Shown piece after piece: positions 12,795 through 27,300 of a stretch of DNA of 64,000 nt. The notes below the pieces were generated by a model. It searched no databases, was not told where the DNA came from, and saw only the letters and a list, made by a program, of their open reading frames with translations. The stretch lies in assembly GCF_009914755.1 (NCBI RefSeq), contig NC_060927.1, one strand, 5' to 3'. Within the stretch, counting starts at the first letter, position 1. Each line of letters starts with the position of its first letter. The translations under genes and the position numbers were made by a program. This DNA comes from the human T2T-CHM13v2.0 reference genome, Homo sapiens.

Positions 12795-13028
12795 AAGTTA
12801 CTGAGTGCTGACTGTGTGCTGGGTAAGCGCTGTGCTAAGTGCTTTATTTGCATTGTTCTGTTTATTCATCACAGCAACCCTGTGAAGGAGATGCTGTCAT
12901 TATCTCTGTTTTGAAGATGAGAAAACTGAGGTTAAATAAGGTTCACAAGGCTGCATAGACAGGCAGTGGTGGAGCCAAAACTTGAGCCCAGATCTCTTTC
13001 ATTCTGGGACCTGTCTTCTTAACCACTA
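12795..13028 (-). mobile_element. MIR SINE
   Basis: ttactgagtgctgactgtgtgctggg...acagcaaccctgtgaagg...gatgagaaaactgagg...cttaaccact. Confidence 0.85.
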
Positions 13029-13034
13029 TTTTCT

Positions 13035-13315
13035 TTTTCTTTTTTTTTTTAATTATTATACTTTAAGTTTTAGGGTACATGTGCACAATATGCAGGTTTG
13101 TTACATATGTATACATGTGCCATGTTGGTGTGCTGCACCCATTAACTTGTCATTTAGCATTAGGTATATCTCCTGATGCTATCCCTCCCCCCTCCCCCGA
13201 CCCCACAACAGTCCCTGGTGTGTGATGTTCCCCTTCCTGTGTCCATGTGTTCTCATTGTTCAATTCCCACCTATGAGTGAGAACATGCGGTGTTTGGTTT
13301 TTTGTCCTTGTGATA
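13035..13315 (-). mobile_element. 5'-truncated young primate L1 (L1PA3/4-like) 3' UTR with TSD
   Basis: ttattatactttaagttttagggtacatgtgcacaa...cccacctatgagtgagaacatgcgg; poly-T tail; TSD taaccactattttct at 13020-13034 and 13314-13328 (first 2 nt are microhomology). Confidence 0.95.
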
Positions 13316-14488
13316 ACCACTATTTTCTCTCTCAGAGAAGCCACGATACTTTGAGTATGCTATATACCTAATGCTAAGTTTAAAATTTCTGGAAAGTTGC
13401 ATTATGTCTGTAAATTCTTCTGCAGTTAGTGCTTCTGTATACTACTAGTGGTAGAAGATTGAAAGAGAACCCTTAACATCTTGGACCTTGGAAAAACTTG
13501 ACCCAGAAGTCTTTCACCAAAAATTTGCATTTACCTGAAGAGCCAAAGCAATTTTGAGAAAGAAGAACAAATTTGAAGGACTCACACTTTCTGGTTTCAA
13601 AACACATTACAAAACTACAATAATCACAACAGTGTGGTATTGACATAAAGACACACAAATAGACCAATGTAATAGAATAGAGAGCTCAGAAGTGAACCCT
13701 TGCATATACGGTCAAATGATCTTTGACAAGGGTGCCAAGATGATTCAATGAAGTAAGGACAGTCTCTTCATCAAATGGGGTTGGGAAAACTAGATAGATG
13801 CAATGGAATGAAGTTGGACCCTTATCTTACACAAAGTACAAATATTAACTCAAGATGGATTCAAGACCTAAATGTAAGACCCAAAACTATAAAACTCCTA
13901 GAAGAAGATGTATGGAAAAAACATAGTGATATTGAACTTAGCAATGATTTATTGTATGTAACACCAAAAGCACAGGCAACAAAATAAAAAATTGACATAG
14001 GACAGTCTTCTAGGTGCTAGAAAAAAAAAGAAAACAGATGAATGCTACTCCATTAAACTTAAAATCTTTTGTGCATCAAATGACACAATCATCAGACTGC
14101 AGAGACAAACTGCAGAATGGTAAAAAGTATTTGCAAATCATATATCTAATAATTGGTTAATATCCAGAATGCATAAAGAACTCCCACAACTCAATCACAA
14201 AAAATAAAATAACCTGATTAAATAATTGGCAAAGGACTTTAAGAGACATTTCTCCAGAAGTGGTATACAGATGACCAACAAGCACGTGAAAAAGTGCTCA
14301 ATGTCACTCATCATCTAAGAAATGCAAATCGGAACCACAGAGAAGTATCACCTCATACTCATTAGGATGGCTACTATTAAAGAAAAATAATGACTCTTGT
14401 TGAGAATGTAAAGAAAGTGGAACTCTTGTGCACTGTTGGTGGGATTGTAAAATGATACAGCTGCTACGGAAAGGAGCATAGAGGTTCA

Positions 14489-14936
<448 letters not shown>

Positions 14937-15056
14937 TCAGCAGGTGAATGGATAAACAGAATGTGCTGCATACATACAATGGAGTATTATTCAGCCTTAA
15001 AAAGGGAGGAAATCCTGTCATATGCCATGCTACAACATAGATGAATCTTTAGGACA

Positions 15057-15167
15057 TTATAGTAAGTTAAGTAAGCCAGTGACAAGAAGGTAAATACTGT
15101 ATGAATCCACTTATAGTAAGTTAAGTAAGCCAGTGACAAGAAGGTAAATACTGTATGAATCCACTTA
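15057..15167. repeat. Perfect 54-bp tandem duplication within the L1 3' UTR
   Basis: (ttatagtaagttaagtaagccagtgacaagaaggtaaatactgtatgaatccac) x2 plus tta. Confidence 0.95.
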
Positions 15168-15489
15168 CATGAGGTATGTAGAGGAGTCAAACTCATAGAG
15201 ACAGAAAGTACAATGGTGGTTGCTAGGGGGAGGGGGTAGTGGGAAAAGGGGAGTTGGTATTTAATGGGTATAGAGCTTCAGTTTTGCGAGATGAAAAAGT
15301 TCTGGAGATCTCTTGCACAACAATGTGAATGTAATTAACATCAATGAACTGTATATTTAGAAATGGTTAAAATGGTAAATTTTATGTAACATGTTTGTTT
15401 ATTTGTTTTTTACCACAATTTTAAAAATTTCACATTTATCACCTGGCACTAATTTTACTACTTCATTGAGTATTTCAACATCTTACTTG

Positions 15490-15720
15490 AAGTTGCAAAC
15501 CCCAAGGCCACAGGCTGAATGTGGCCCATGGACAATCAGTTTTTGACAAATGTGAAATAGTGGTCAATATTTTTTAAAAATTAGGAACTTTCACATCAAA
15601 ACCCCTATATCTCGCTTCTCTTGGAAAACTGGAGAATCTGGAAATTCCAAGTCCCTAGTCTGTCCAATCAACAAATGGCTGTAGCTGAGGAGCAGCACCC
15701 CACTTTCAGTCCTAGGCATG
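15490..15720 (+). mobile_element. MER102-like hAT-Charlie element
   Basis: gttgcaaac...aggctgaatgtggccca...tttcacatcaaaa...gcttctcttggaaaactggagaatctgg...gctgtagctgagg. Confidence 0.7.
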
Positions 15721-17901
15721 AAATTCAGATTCATTTCTCTCACTCTCGAATTTCTTATACAAGACCCAAGTCCTCGTGCAGATATACTAACTTCCTGGCC
15801 ACAGTATTTGTAGGTTTAAGATATTAAACTTCTTAATTCCAAATGCATCCAATAATAATAGACCGTAGATGGTGGATGCTCTGCGAGCTCCCACACTAAC
15901 TTCTTTTTAGAGACACTAATTTCTAGGTTTCTGCTTCTGTTTGAGGTCCTAGAGTTATCATCTCTGTATTTCTATATGAACAAATATAGTCCCAATGCCC
16001 TTTTTTCTTTTGCCATTTTGCGTACAGCAAATGTCCTGCAAGTCATGTTCTAAATATAGATGTGTTAAATTTCAAATGTGAAAGTTTTTGAAGGGTCTAA
16101 AGCCAGTTTGCTAATCAGGGAAATGCTGTGATTGGCGCCAGCACTTGCAGTCCCTGAGGGGGATTGTGAAATCCGGCCTCCGCAACTGTGATTCAAGTCT
16201 GGGATGAAAGAAAACTCCATGATCGCTGAAGAGCTCTCCAAGTTGTTTTCTTCTTAACAGCGTGGTGGTGGTGGTGGTGGTTTGAGTGTCATAACAGAGA
16301 AAAGACAAATACATGTTCCTGAGTTCATTTTACTAGTACTGGATTAATAGTATGGTAACAAATCATTATTTTGCAAGCAAAAACAACCATGTTTTGCAAT
16401 TCTTTATGTGCAAGTTGTAAGAAAATGCCTGTCAATAGAAAGGAATCTAGAGACCCAAGAGGCTCAAGACCTCTTCATGGCAAGTTAAGAAGAATGGCTA
16501 CTTATGCAAAATATAAAAACCTTGGGTATTTGAAAGTTCAAACTGGCACAGTTTTTTCTCTTTTAAATCTTATTATTCTGTTGTTTTTCAAGATAGGGCT
16601 GGTGGCATCTAATGGCAAGTGGAGGCAAAATACTGGAATGCAGCAGTTGTGCGTTTTTCAAAGCTATGCACTGCATGACATCCCTGTGTGTGCATTTAAG
16701 TGTGTATGCAAGAGGCATTATTAGAACTGCCTATATGTTTCATGCTGGGTCTATTTCATTGGTGCAGTAGAACTTGGAAAATGCAGTTTCATGCTTTGAA
16801 TAATAGTGAACAACAGTAGAGGAGGCCTTAGTTTCCAAGACTGGTGGAGCAGAGGTATTCGGGGAACTTTCTGGGAATGAGACTTGGATAATTAAGTTGC
16901 TGTGCCCTGAGAGTTGCTCCTTGAAGTAGAGACGGATGTGCTGAATCCTTATCTGTACTTGCCAGAAGTGAAGCTGTCATCTAGCACAGTTGCTGCCTCT
17001 GTTTTTGAAAAGAGATATGACTAGTTGATTCCATCACTATCTGATGCAGAATTTTCAAAGATGAGTAGTGGATCAGAGAAACGAAACAAAACAAAGCCAA
17101 CTGAACTAAACTGTGTTGCTAGCTGAAAGGGTCTGATAGTGAGCAAAGGGCCAGATGTTTGGAGTTGCTTTCTTCAATTTTATTTCACTGCTTTTATCCA
17201 TTAAATTGGTCAACAGCAGCACTCACTGGTAAAAATAGGAACAACAGATTCAAGTTTTCCTATGTGCTGTTACAGTGATGCCCTTTTTTTCTTTCCTCTC
17301 TCATCTCCTTGCTTTTTCCTTCCCTCCCTTCTTAAGCTCAAGCTTTCATTATATGATTTTTTTTTTAAATTCCAAAAGAATAACGATAGTGTATAGATAA
17401 AATGTGGTTAATTTCCCTACTCACCATCCCTAATCCTACTCTTCTAAAGAAATCAATATTAAGAGTTTGGTTTATATCAACAATCCTTCCCCAACCCATG
17501 CAAATAAGATATGTATCTAGAGAAATTTGTTTTTCTAATTTTTACAAAAGTGGACTCGTTCTGGGTACAGAATCTTGTAACTTGACTTCCCTGGCATTAT
17601 TTTATTGGCATCTCTCCAAATCAGTACATTTAGCTCAAAATCGCTACTTTTAATGGCTAATTTTTTTAATAGTATAGTTTTATCACAATTTATTCATAAA
17701 ATTCCTTATTGATTGATTCCTCTGCCCCACTAAAAATTTCCTCTCCTCCACTAAAAAGATAGCATTGCATATTTTAATTACACATACATATTTTTAAAGC
17801 TTTACCCTGTATAATATTTGAAGAGGAAAATTAAAGGGTTTCTAAATGTTTCATTTGCTTTATTACTTTAAATTTTTTCTTGTTTTATGGGCTAAAGTCT
17901 T

Positions 17902-18239
<338 letters not shown>

Positions 18240-18290
18240 TGATTTACCTCTTTGAATTTTTGCATTATAGCTATCTATGCTGTATAGTGA

Positions 18291-18538
18291 AGGATTTCTC
18301 AAGCTCGGCATTTTAGTCATTTTAGGTCATATAGCTCTTTGGTGTGAGTAGCTGTGCTGTGTGTTGTGGAACACGTAGCGTCCCTGGCTTCTACCCATTA
18401 GATGCTCATAGCATGCACCCTCTCCCAATGCTCATAGCATGCACCCTCTCCCAATGCTCAAGTTATGATGACCAAAAATGTCTCTAGTCACTGCCAGATG
18501 TTCCTTGGGTGGAAAAATTGCTCCTGTTGAGAACCACT
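18291..18538 (-). mobile_element. MER20 with an internal perfect 26-bp tandem duplication (18402-18460)
   Basis: gatttctcaagctcggca...tccctggcttctacccattagatgc...aaaaatgtctctag...gttgagaaccact; (atgctcatagcatgcaccctctccca) x2. Confidence 0.88.
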
Positions 18539-19579
18539 CCTATAATGTATATAAGGTATATATTTAAAAACCCAGTTATGTGGAAGAACACTACTTTTCT
18601 TTATGTATTCACCAACACTTGGCAACATGAATGTAATGTCACATGCATTAGAAGTGAATCTCAGTATTGGGCCCCAGATAGTGAGCTTCACTTAGTTCCT
18701 GTGTACAAGCCAGCACTGGAATGATCTTCAGTTTATGCCATTTTGGTATCCATAATGGCACATAGACAACAGTGTCCTCATTTATAAGTTGTGCTATCTC
18801 AATCAGACAGTTTGAATATTTTCTGGCTGTGGTGGGGCAACACCTACTCAAATGAGGCAGGAATGCCATTTGCGTCTGACATCATTTTCTTCGACTGGGA
18901 TTTGAGCAGTTCACGAGGCACCCATTGTCCCACCCATGTCACCCCAGCTATATGAAGTGTATAGGAGGCAGTGGCATCCAGGTAGCCAACGACCTCTTTC
19001 CTCTCCTAGTATCTTTTCTACAGAGTCTCCCCCAACTTCTGGCCTTGAGCAAAATAGCCCCATTGGGAAGATCACTGAGGGAAACTGCTGTTTCCACATA
19101 TTCTATAATCTTTTTCTGTGAAAAGGTGAGCTATATATATAATTATTTAAGTTTCTTCACATTTGCAGGTGGCTATTGTGGTTGGTCTGCTTAACGAAAT
19201 AGGGTGTGGTGTTATGTATGTGAACAAAGCTGGGCATCAGGCCCTTCATCAGAAATGTGACCCCTTATTAAAGCATTGTTTTTTGTTTTTACAGAAAGTC
19301 AGATGGCTTTGTGTTGTTTGACGTGGTTCCTTTTCCAAATAGATGACTGTAAAGATGACCTGATGATCCTATGGACTGGGCTATAAACTTTGTGCATCTC
19401 CCTTCTTGTGCCTTAATGGCAAGGTAAGATGCTGGAGAACCAATTCTCATGTCCTTGGTTGGCATTTTAATCGTGGTAGCTTGGTCATCAGGGTAATGGC
19501 AACACGTTAAAATTCACATGCATTAAAAAAATAGCAGTGTCATCCAGGCTGCTTTGCATTTGTTATTTGTTTATTTATT

Positions 19580-20110
19580 TATACATAGATACACATCCAT
19601 GTAGCTACTGCCCAGGTCAAGAATTAGGACATTTCCAGCACAGTAGAAGATTCCCTTTTCCCCATCTTAGCCAGTAAGCACTTCCCGAAAGAATCCATTA
19701 GTCTGACCTCAATCACTCTGACTTAGTTTTGTCTATTCTTGAACTCCACGGAAATGGAATCAAATAGTATTTGTTCTTTGGTGACTAGCTTTTTTAGTCT
19801 AACAGTATAGCTGAAGTACATTCGTACTGGGACATGTAACAGTAGTTTGTACTTTTTGATGCTGTGTGAGTAGTAGGCTCTGTATGAATAATTTATTCAA
19901 TCTTTCTACTCATTATGGTGGGCATTTGGGTTCTTTCCTAGGTGAGGATATGAGGAACAAAGCTGCCCTGAATATCCCTGTACATGTCTTCAGTGGATGA
20001 TGTATTTTCTTTTGGGTAAATACCTGGGAGTGGAATGGTTAGCTCATCTTTTGATAGATTTATTCTTAGTTATTTAAATGTTTTGATGCTGTTGTAAATA
20101 GATTTTCTTT
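19580..20110 (-). mobile_element. Old L1M (L1MC/ME-like) 3' region
   Basis: cccaggtcaagaattaggacatttccagca...ttagttttgtctattcttgaactcc...gggtaaatacctgggagtggaat. Confidence 0.8.
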
Positions 20111-20351
20111 TAAAATCTTAATTTTCTCCCAAGCGATGTATTATGTTTTCATTTGCAAACTAGTATATTTTAATAGATGCCATGAAACATGCATTAAAAT
20201 TAATATTTGCCTCTTTTTAAGAGAGCCTGATATACGACACTTCTAATTTTTAAAAAACATATAGAAAATTACGTGATAACTCTTGATATAAATATTGCAT
20301 TTGGTTTTTAAAAAACAATGAACTGTCTTACATTATTTAAAAATAAATCTA

Positions 20352-20681
<330 letters not shown>

Positions 20682-20895
20682 TCAAAATATTTCTCATACA
20701 AAGCTAATATATTAAATCAATCTAATTTCAAAGGCACGTATTTAAAAAATATAAGTATATAATACACATTTTTAGATTATCTGTGATTTATTTTTGTTCA
20801 TATGTATACCACAACATTTTATATAGGGGTCTTTTACATCATAAATCAAATCCACTGTTATGAAGCAAAATTTTAATCTTTTGTTGCTATTTTTG

Positions 20896-21188
20896 TTTTT
20901 GTTTTTTGAGACGGAGTTGCGCTCAGTCGCCCAGGCTGGAGAGCAGTGGCACAATCTTGACTCACTGCAGCCGCCGTCTCCTGGGTTCAAATGATTCTCC
21001 TGTCTCAGACTCCCGAGTAGTAGGGATTACAGGCATGTGCCACCACACCAGCTAATTTTTGTATTTTTAGTAAAGACAGGGTTTCTTCATGTTGGCCAGG
21101 CTGGTCTTGAATTCCTGACCTCAGGTGATCTGCCTGCCTCGGCCTCCTAAAGTGCTGGGATTACAGGCATGAGCCACTGCGCCTGGCC
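20896..21188 (-). mobile_element. AluS with TSD
   Basis: cctgacctcaggtgatctgcctgcc; TSD t(t/c)tgttgctatttttg at 20880-20895 and 21189-21204. Confidence 0.95.
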
Positions 21189-21403
21189 TCTGTTGCTATT
21201 TTTGAAGATTGTGTTTAGTTTGTATTCATTTTAGAAATATGGCAAAGCATTCTTTCTTATTTAGAAAAGGGAATCTAATCTGAAAGGATTTTTTTTTCTT
21301 TTAGTGCCTATGAGGAATTTCCTAAATACTTTTGCAGGTAGTAAAACATTTAAAGCTGCTTGAATGCACAGCAGTTTGTGAAGCTTACAAACACCGTCTT
21401 TCT

Positions 21404-21680
<277 letters not shown>

Positions 21681-22954
21681 AAACACCGTCTTTCTAAGAT
21701 AGTCATGAAACATAACCTGGGACAGAGTGATTTGTTAGGCCATATCTATTGCCTTGACAACAAACTAAACATTTCAAAATACTTGAGCAAATGCCACCAA
21801 CAAGTGATGTGTAGGGGTTAAGTGGTTAAAGCAGAAGCACCAAGACCATGTTTGTGTGATAAAGGTTGCAGAAACTGTACCCATTTTATAGGAGACTTTT
21901 ATTGCAGGTTTTCTGACTCTAACATAAGCTAAATACATTAGCAAGGAGAACATCTACTATTCTAAGTTTATAAATTATTTTTAATGGGAGTATGCAGGGA
22001 TTTGTATCATAATTTAGTCCAGAGGGTATACCTCTAATTCGCTCCCTTCAAGCCAATTTAATGCCACATGTGAATGGAAAATTGTATTACACCTATCCCA
22101 GGTGCTGAAGGTCAGAGTGATACAGGAAATCTAAAATACCAATCTTTGTGCTCAAGGAGTTTGTTTGAGTTTTTTAACCTGTGTTCTCAGATTGTACATA
22201 TTCAGAGAGGTATTTTATTTTTTGTCTCGATGGAAATTTCTACAAATCATATAAATGAAGACTTATTATAGCATCTACTGTTATACTAAAGATCATTTAT
22301 TAAATATTTTCTGGGAATGAATGGACTACAGAAAAGAAATGGATTCTTTTGGCCAGACAGGAAAGATTTTCTATTTTGGTGGACTAAAAAAATAAATAAA
22401 TAATACAATATTATTTTTGCCTTAGATTTTGAAGGGGTATAGGTGTGATGGTGGAGTAATTAAGAATTTAGAGAGCCCATTTCACTCTTTTCTGTTTTCT
22501 TGAATTCTCATAGTTTAATATTGTCCTCTTTGGTTGAAAGCAACATCTACTTTCAGTCTTGATTTTAAAATGCTGACACTTTCACTGTACATTTTGTGAA
22601 GAATAATACGATTCCCCAAGGTGACTTGATTGTCAAAGTCATTTCTTCCACCCATGTTGGTGGAAATACCCAACATTTTTCATCTATAACCAAGGTTATC
22701 TTTATCTTTTTGCAGTCAGTGCCATGGTAACAGGTAGTGATACAAATCTGGGACCCCTGAGTGCTGTGGGTCAGAGATTACAATAAAAATATAAATGTTG
22801 GTTGCAGAAGCAACGTACATTTTAGATGTTTATGGAGGGCTTTAAACTGATCACAGATAAAGTGGTGACTCATAGTTTTCATTTTTAATTAATCAGCATT
22901 CAAATTGAAGAGGAAAATCCATCCAGAACTTTTTGTTGGCTTCAGTGGATCTGA

Positions 22955-23425
22955 ATCCCAGTACTGTGACTCTGAGCTGGGATATGTGTACCCACCTTAG
23001 GCCTGTAACTGATCTGGTTCTGCCTCAGTCTCCCCATGTGTAAAGTGGGGATAATGCTACCTACATCATGCAGTTGGGAGGATTAAAAGCCCAGTTGATA
23101 GAAATGTGCCTAGCACAGTTCCTGGCTCTATAGTAGCTGATGTTCTTATTATTTTTATAGTGAGGAAACCATGTTGTATTAGTGGAAGCCAGGCAGATCG
23201 ACTTTATTGAATTCCTTCTATATGTTTTTGTCAGCTGCACAGTCTTGGCCAAGTAATTTAAGTCACTTAGTCCCCTTGGAGTCTTGGTTTGGTCACATGC
23301 AAAATGGGGTTCATACTATTTATCATTCAGAGTTGTTGTGAGGAAAACACAATATATTTAAAGCGCATAGCATGGTTCCTGGCACCTAATAAGCATTCAG
23401 CAAGTGATAGCTGCTACTATTATTA
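22955..23425 (+). mobile_element. Two MIR SINEs (~22955-23145, ~23170-23425)
   Basis: ctgcctcagtctccccatgtgtaaagtggggataat; gcaaaatgggg...gttgttgtgagg...cctggcacctaataagcattcagcaagt. Confidence 0.8.
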
Positions 23426-23459
23426 TGATTGTGGTTGTTATTGTCATTTTCATGATTAG

Positions 23460-24026
23460 ACTGTGTGTCCACATCTCAGTATTTTTGCTGCTATTTTTAT
23501 AGCCCAGCTACTATCATCTCTCTGTAGATTATTGCAACAGCCCTCTAACCCTTCCCCCTCTGTTTCTATAAAGACCCAAATGGTCTGGCCTTTGCCAACC
23601 TCCCTGGTCTCCCACATTGCCTCCCCATAGTGCTTTAGCAACAGTGGACTTCATTTATTCCTGAAAATGCATTATACTCCTTCCCTGCACAGGGCCTTTG
23701 CATATGCTGCTTTTTCTTCTTGGAATAGTCTGACCTCTTTCTACCTCTCCTTCCACCCTTTCACTCTCCTACTCATCCCCTTGTTAATACACTCATAGGT
23801 CCTGATACATCACCTTCATTTTGCCTTGTACTTAATTACTTAATTTGCTTGTCCTTTTACATTTATTTGTGTGATCATTTGATGAATTCTGTGTCTCATC
23901 CTAGACTCTGATGCCCTAGGTTCTGATACAGCAGAGAGAGCGTCAGACTTGGATTACCATGGTATGTTTCTTTAGTTCCCCAACACACTCATTTGTTGAG
24001 GGAGTGAGTGAATAAATGAATGAATG
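23460..24026 (+). mobile_element. L2 LINE 3' portion
   Basis: gattattgcaacagccctctaac...cacagggcctttgcatatgctg...(aatg)n-like tail. Confidence 0.8.
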
Positions 24027-24852
24027 ATTATGATGATAATCTGATGATAATATAAAATATCTGGGCAACAATTGAGGAGATAGAGGAGGTTTTAGGATGT
24101 GAGGTTCATCCTTGGGAGAATGCATAGTGAGAAGGCAGATTTGCTAATGATTTGGGACACCAGTGAGGAAAAATGGTGTGTCTGTGCAGGAGGACGAATG
24201 GTTAAATGAAGAAATGCAGGGAGGGAGGAAGAAGCTGAGCAGGAAATAGTTGTGGAGTGTTGGAAAGAGGAAATAACTGGGAAGTGACCTGACAGAAAAT
24301 TGGGCATGTATTTCCTTTGCTACAGTTTTTATTTCTCTGATTTAAGCATTGTCACATTGGCTCTTTTTGTTGTTGTTGTTTTTAAGTCTGATTTACAATA
24401 TTCTTTTTACCTGTAGGATGCCACGTCTATCTGTTTACATGGACAAAGTTATACACCCAAAACGGGCAAAGACACAGTAGCAGTTTAGCCTTTGTTTTGT
24501 CTTCCTTTCCTAGGACAAATGCCCCCTCCCTTTAAAACAGTTTCTTTCACACTGTCTTATTTCTTTGGTCAAAAATCTACTGTTTTTTGTTTGTTTGTTT
24601 GTTTTTGTAGTTCTCTACTCTGATGTAATCTCCTTAGTATGCTCTTAGGGTAAACTGTTTCTCATTGTTTAAAGTTTCCAGCATTGGTTTCTCATTTTTG
24701 TTGTTCGTGTCACTGAAGAGAGCAGGGGGGTTTTCACAAAGAAACCTATACTGGGACCACTATCAGGTGCTGTGTGGTTATAAGGGGTGAGGAACTAAAT
24801 AGACATCTATAAATTTAGTGTTTTTCAGTCTCTATGTTTTTCTTTTAGCATA

Positions 24853-25580
24853 ATTTTAAATTGAGATGTAATTCACATAAATGAAATTTATCATTTTAAC
24901 ATGTACACTTCAGTAGTTTTAAATATATTCACTATGTTGTGTAGCTGTCACCATTATCTAATTCCAAAACATTTCCATCACCCCAATAAGAAGCTTCGTA
25001 CCTATTAGCAGTTAGTCCCAACTCCCCTGCTCCTATCCCATGGCAACCATTAATCTACTTTGTCTTCATGGATTTGCCTACTGGACATTTCATATAAATG
25101 GGATTATACATTATGTGGCCTTTCATGTCTAGCTTCTTTCACTTAGCATATTTTCAAGATTCAGCCTTGAAAGGAATGACCTTTTTATGGTCATTCCTTT
25201 TTATGGACAAGTAATATTCCAGTGTAGGGATATACCACATTTTGTTTATTCATTTTTCAGCTGATGGACATTTGAATTGCTTCCACTTTTGCCTGCTATG
25301 AACTTTCTTGTACAAGTTTTTGTGTGAACATATGTTTTCAGTTCTCTTGAGTATTTACCTAAGAGCGGAATGGCTGGGTCACATGATTAAACATACCATA
25401 GATCATCACATGGTATGTTTAATCTTTTAAGGAGCTGCCATGCTGTTCTTACAGCAGGCAAACCACTTTGCATTCCCACCAGCAATGTGTCAGGGTGCCA
25501 GTTTTTCCACATCTTTGCCAACACTTGTTATTTTCAGTTAAAAAAAAATTATAGCCATCCTAGTGTTGTGAAGTGGTCAT
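24853..25580 (-). mobile_element. L1MB7/8-like 3' end
   Basis: attgagatgtaattcacata...ctaattccaaaacatttccatcaccccaa...cattcccaccagcaatgt. Confidence 0.9.
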
Positions 25581-26689
25581 TGTGTCTCTTTTATTCTTTT
25601 GTGGTGACTCTTCGTGGCCTTAATTAGTTCCTCCCCCCTTTTCATTTAAAAAAAAATTGGATATTGTTCTTGTCATTTTTATTAGCTCTAAATTTTGAAT
25701 GGGTCCTCTGTAGCACAGGGGAAATATAAAATAGAATTTGAAATACTACTTTATAACTGGGAAACAGCATGCTTAGAGAAAGTGACTGAACCAGAAAAAG
25801 GCAGTTATGGCCTACAAATTAGGATTTATTCTACCAAAGGAGACCTCAAGTAAATATTCTTATGTATAAATTATAGAAACCTCTCATTATAGGAATAAAA
25901 GTCAGAAAATGAAATTGGGGTAATAACAATTCCTCTTTATGGTTTGTTGTTTTCCTTGTGTAACTTTTTTTTTTTTTTTTACCTTGAAATGCTATTCCTT
26001 ATATGCTGTTACCGTGAAGGTTGTTCATTTGTACACTAATCTTGGAAGATCTTTGAAATCCTGTAGAAAAAGCTCGGCTGACGTTAGCCAAGCTCATTTT
26101 GTATTCCATTGTTTCGAGTGGCTAAAATATCAGGACTAAAGGCCTGGAATTAAGAAGCTTAAATAATTATAGATTCCCTCTCCTCCCATTCATTAGATGT
26201 AATTTAGTACTGAAAAAAATAAAATTACTCAACTTGGATTGAAGTTCAGCGGTCTTAAATCCTTCTAAAATTCTGAATATGAATTTTTCATTGTAAACTG
26301 TGACAATGTCAAATCAATAACAGTATAGTTTTCTTATATCCAGGGTCACCATCATCACCCAGAAATGCGTAATGAATACTTTATTTGTGGTCTCTGATTT
26401 CTAGGAACTTAACAGTGGAATATAGACCGCATTGATGCCAAGAGATATCAAGGGTTGTGAAGCATTGCTGCATATACCAGGCAGCAGGAAGTCATTAATT
26501 ATAAGGTTGGAAGAGGCAACTGTGATATATTTTACATGAGTACTTTAAGGGACCATTTTAGATTCCATGCAGTAGGAAGGCATACCAAACTGTGATTATT
26601 CTAAGAAAAGAAAATTAAGAAAAATGTTTGAAGGAGACAAGTATTTGTTGAGGGCCTACTGGGTGACAAACTGCATTGGAAAATGGGCT

Positions 26690-27300
26690 ATAGAGTATGG
26701 TGGAGAGCTCAGGGCCTTGGAGTCAGATGACTTCAATTTGAATTTTGGCTATGACAACTGCTATTTGGGTGCTTATGGGAGTAAGAGAACTGCAATCTAT
26801 ATGATTGTAGTGAGGATTGGAGGGAATCAAGTGATTTGTCTCTATTCTGTGCCTGGCATGTAATAGGCCCTCAATAAACATGGGTCTTATTATTGTTAGT
26901 ATTGTCATTATTATTATTTTTGTAATTTAATTATTACAACCATTACTTGAGGAAAGTGGTATTGTACACATTTTCATATGAGAAAACAAGGCTTAAGTAA
27001 CCAAGAGATTTGCCTAGAGCAGTGGCTCTCACCTGAGGATGATTTTAGCTCCCAGAAGACATTGGGCAATGTCTGGAGAGCTGTTTTTGGTGGTCCCAAC
27101 TGGCAGCGCAGGGTGTTACTGGCATCTCCTGGGTATAGGCCAGGGGTGCTGCCGAACATTCTGGAATGCATAGGACAGCCTCTGCAACAATGATCCAGCC
27201 CCAAATGTCAATCGTGCCAAGGCTGAGAAAGTCTGGCCTAGAGTCATGGACCTGCCAGATCAAGGAGCAGAATTCGAATTCTTTTCTGATTCGTGCGTTT
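26690..27300. mobile_element. Tail-to-tail MIR pair (+ ~26690-26900; - ~26925-27300, split by MER20)
   Basis: ggagtcagatgac...gtgaggatt...gcctggcatgtaataggccctcaataaac; cattttcatatgagaaaacaaggcttaagtaac. Confidence 0.7.
27020..27235 (+). mobile_element. MER20, full length, with perfect 8-bp TSD
   Basis: cagtggctctca...ggcaatgtctggaga...aaatgtcaatcgtgccaaggctgagaaagtctg; TSD gcctagag at 27012-27019 and 27236-27243. Confidence 0.93.
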
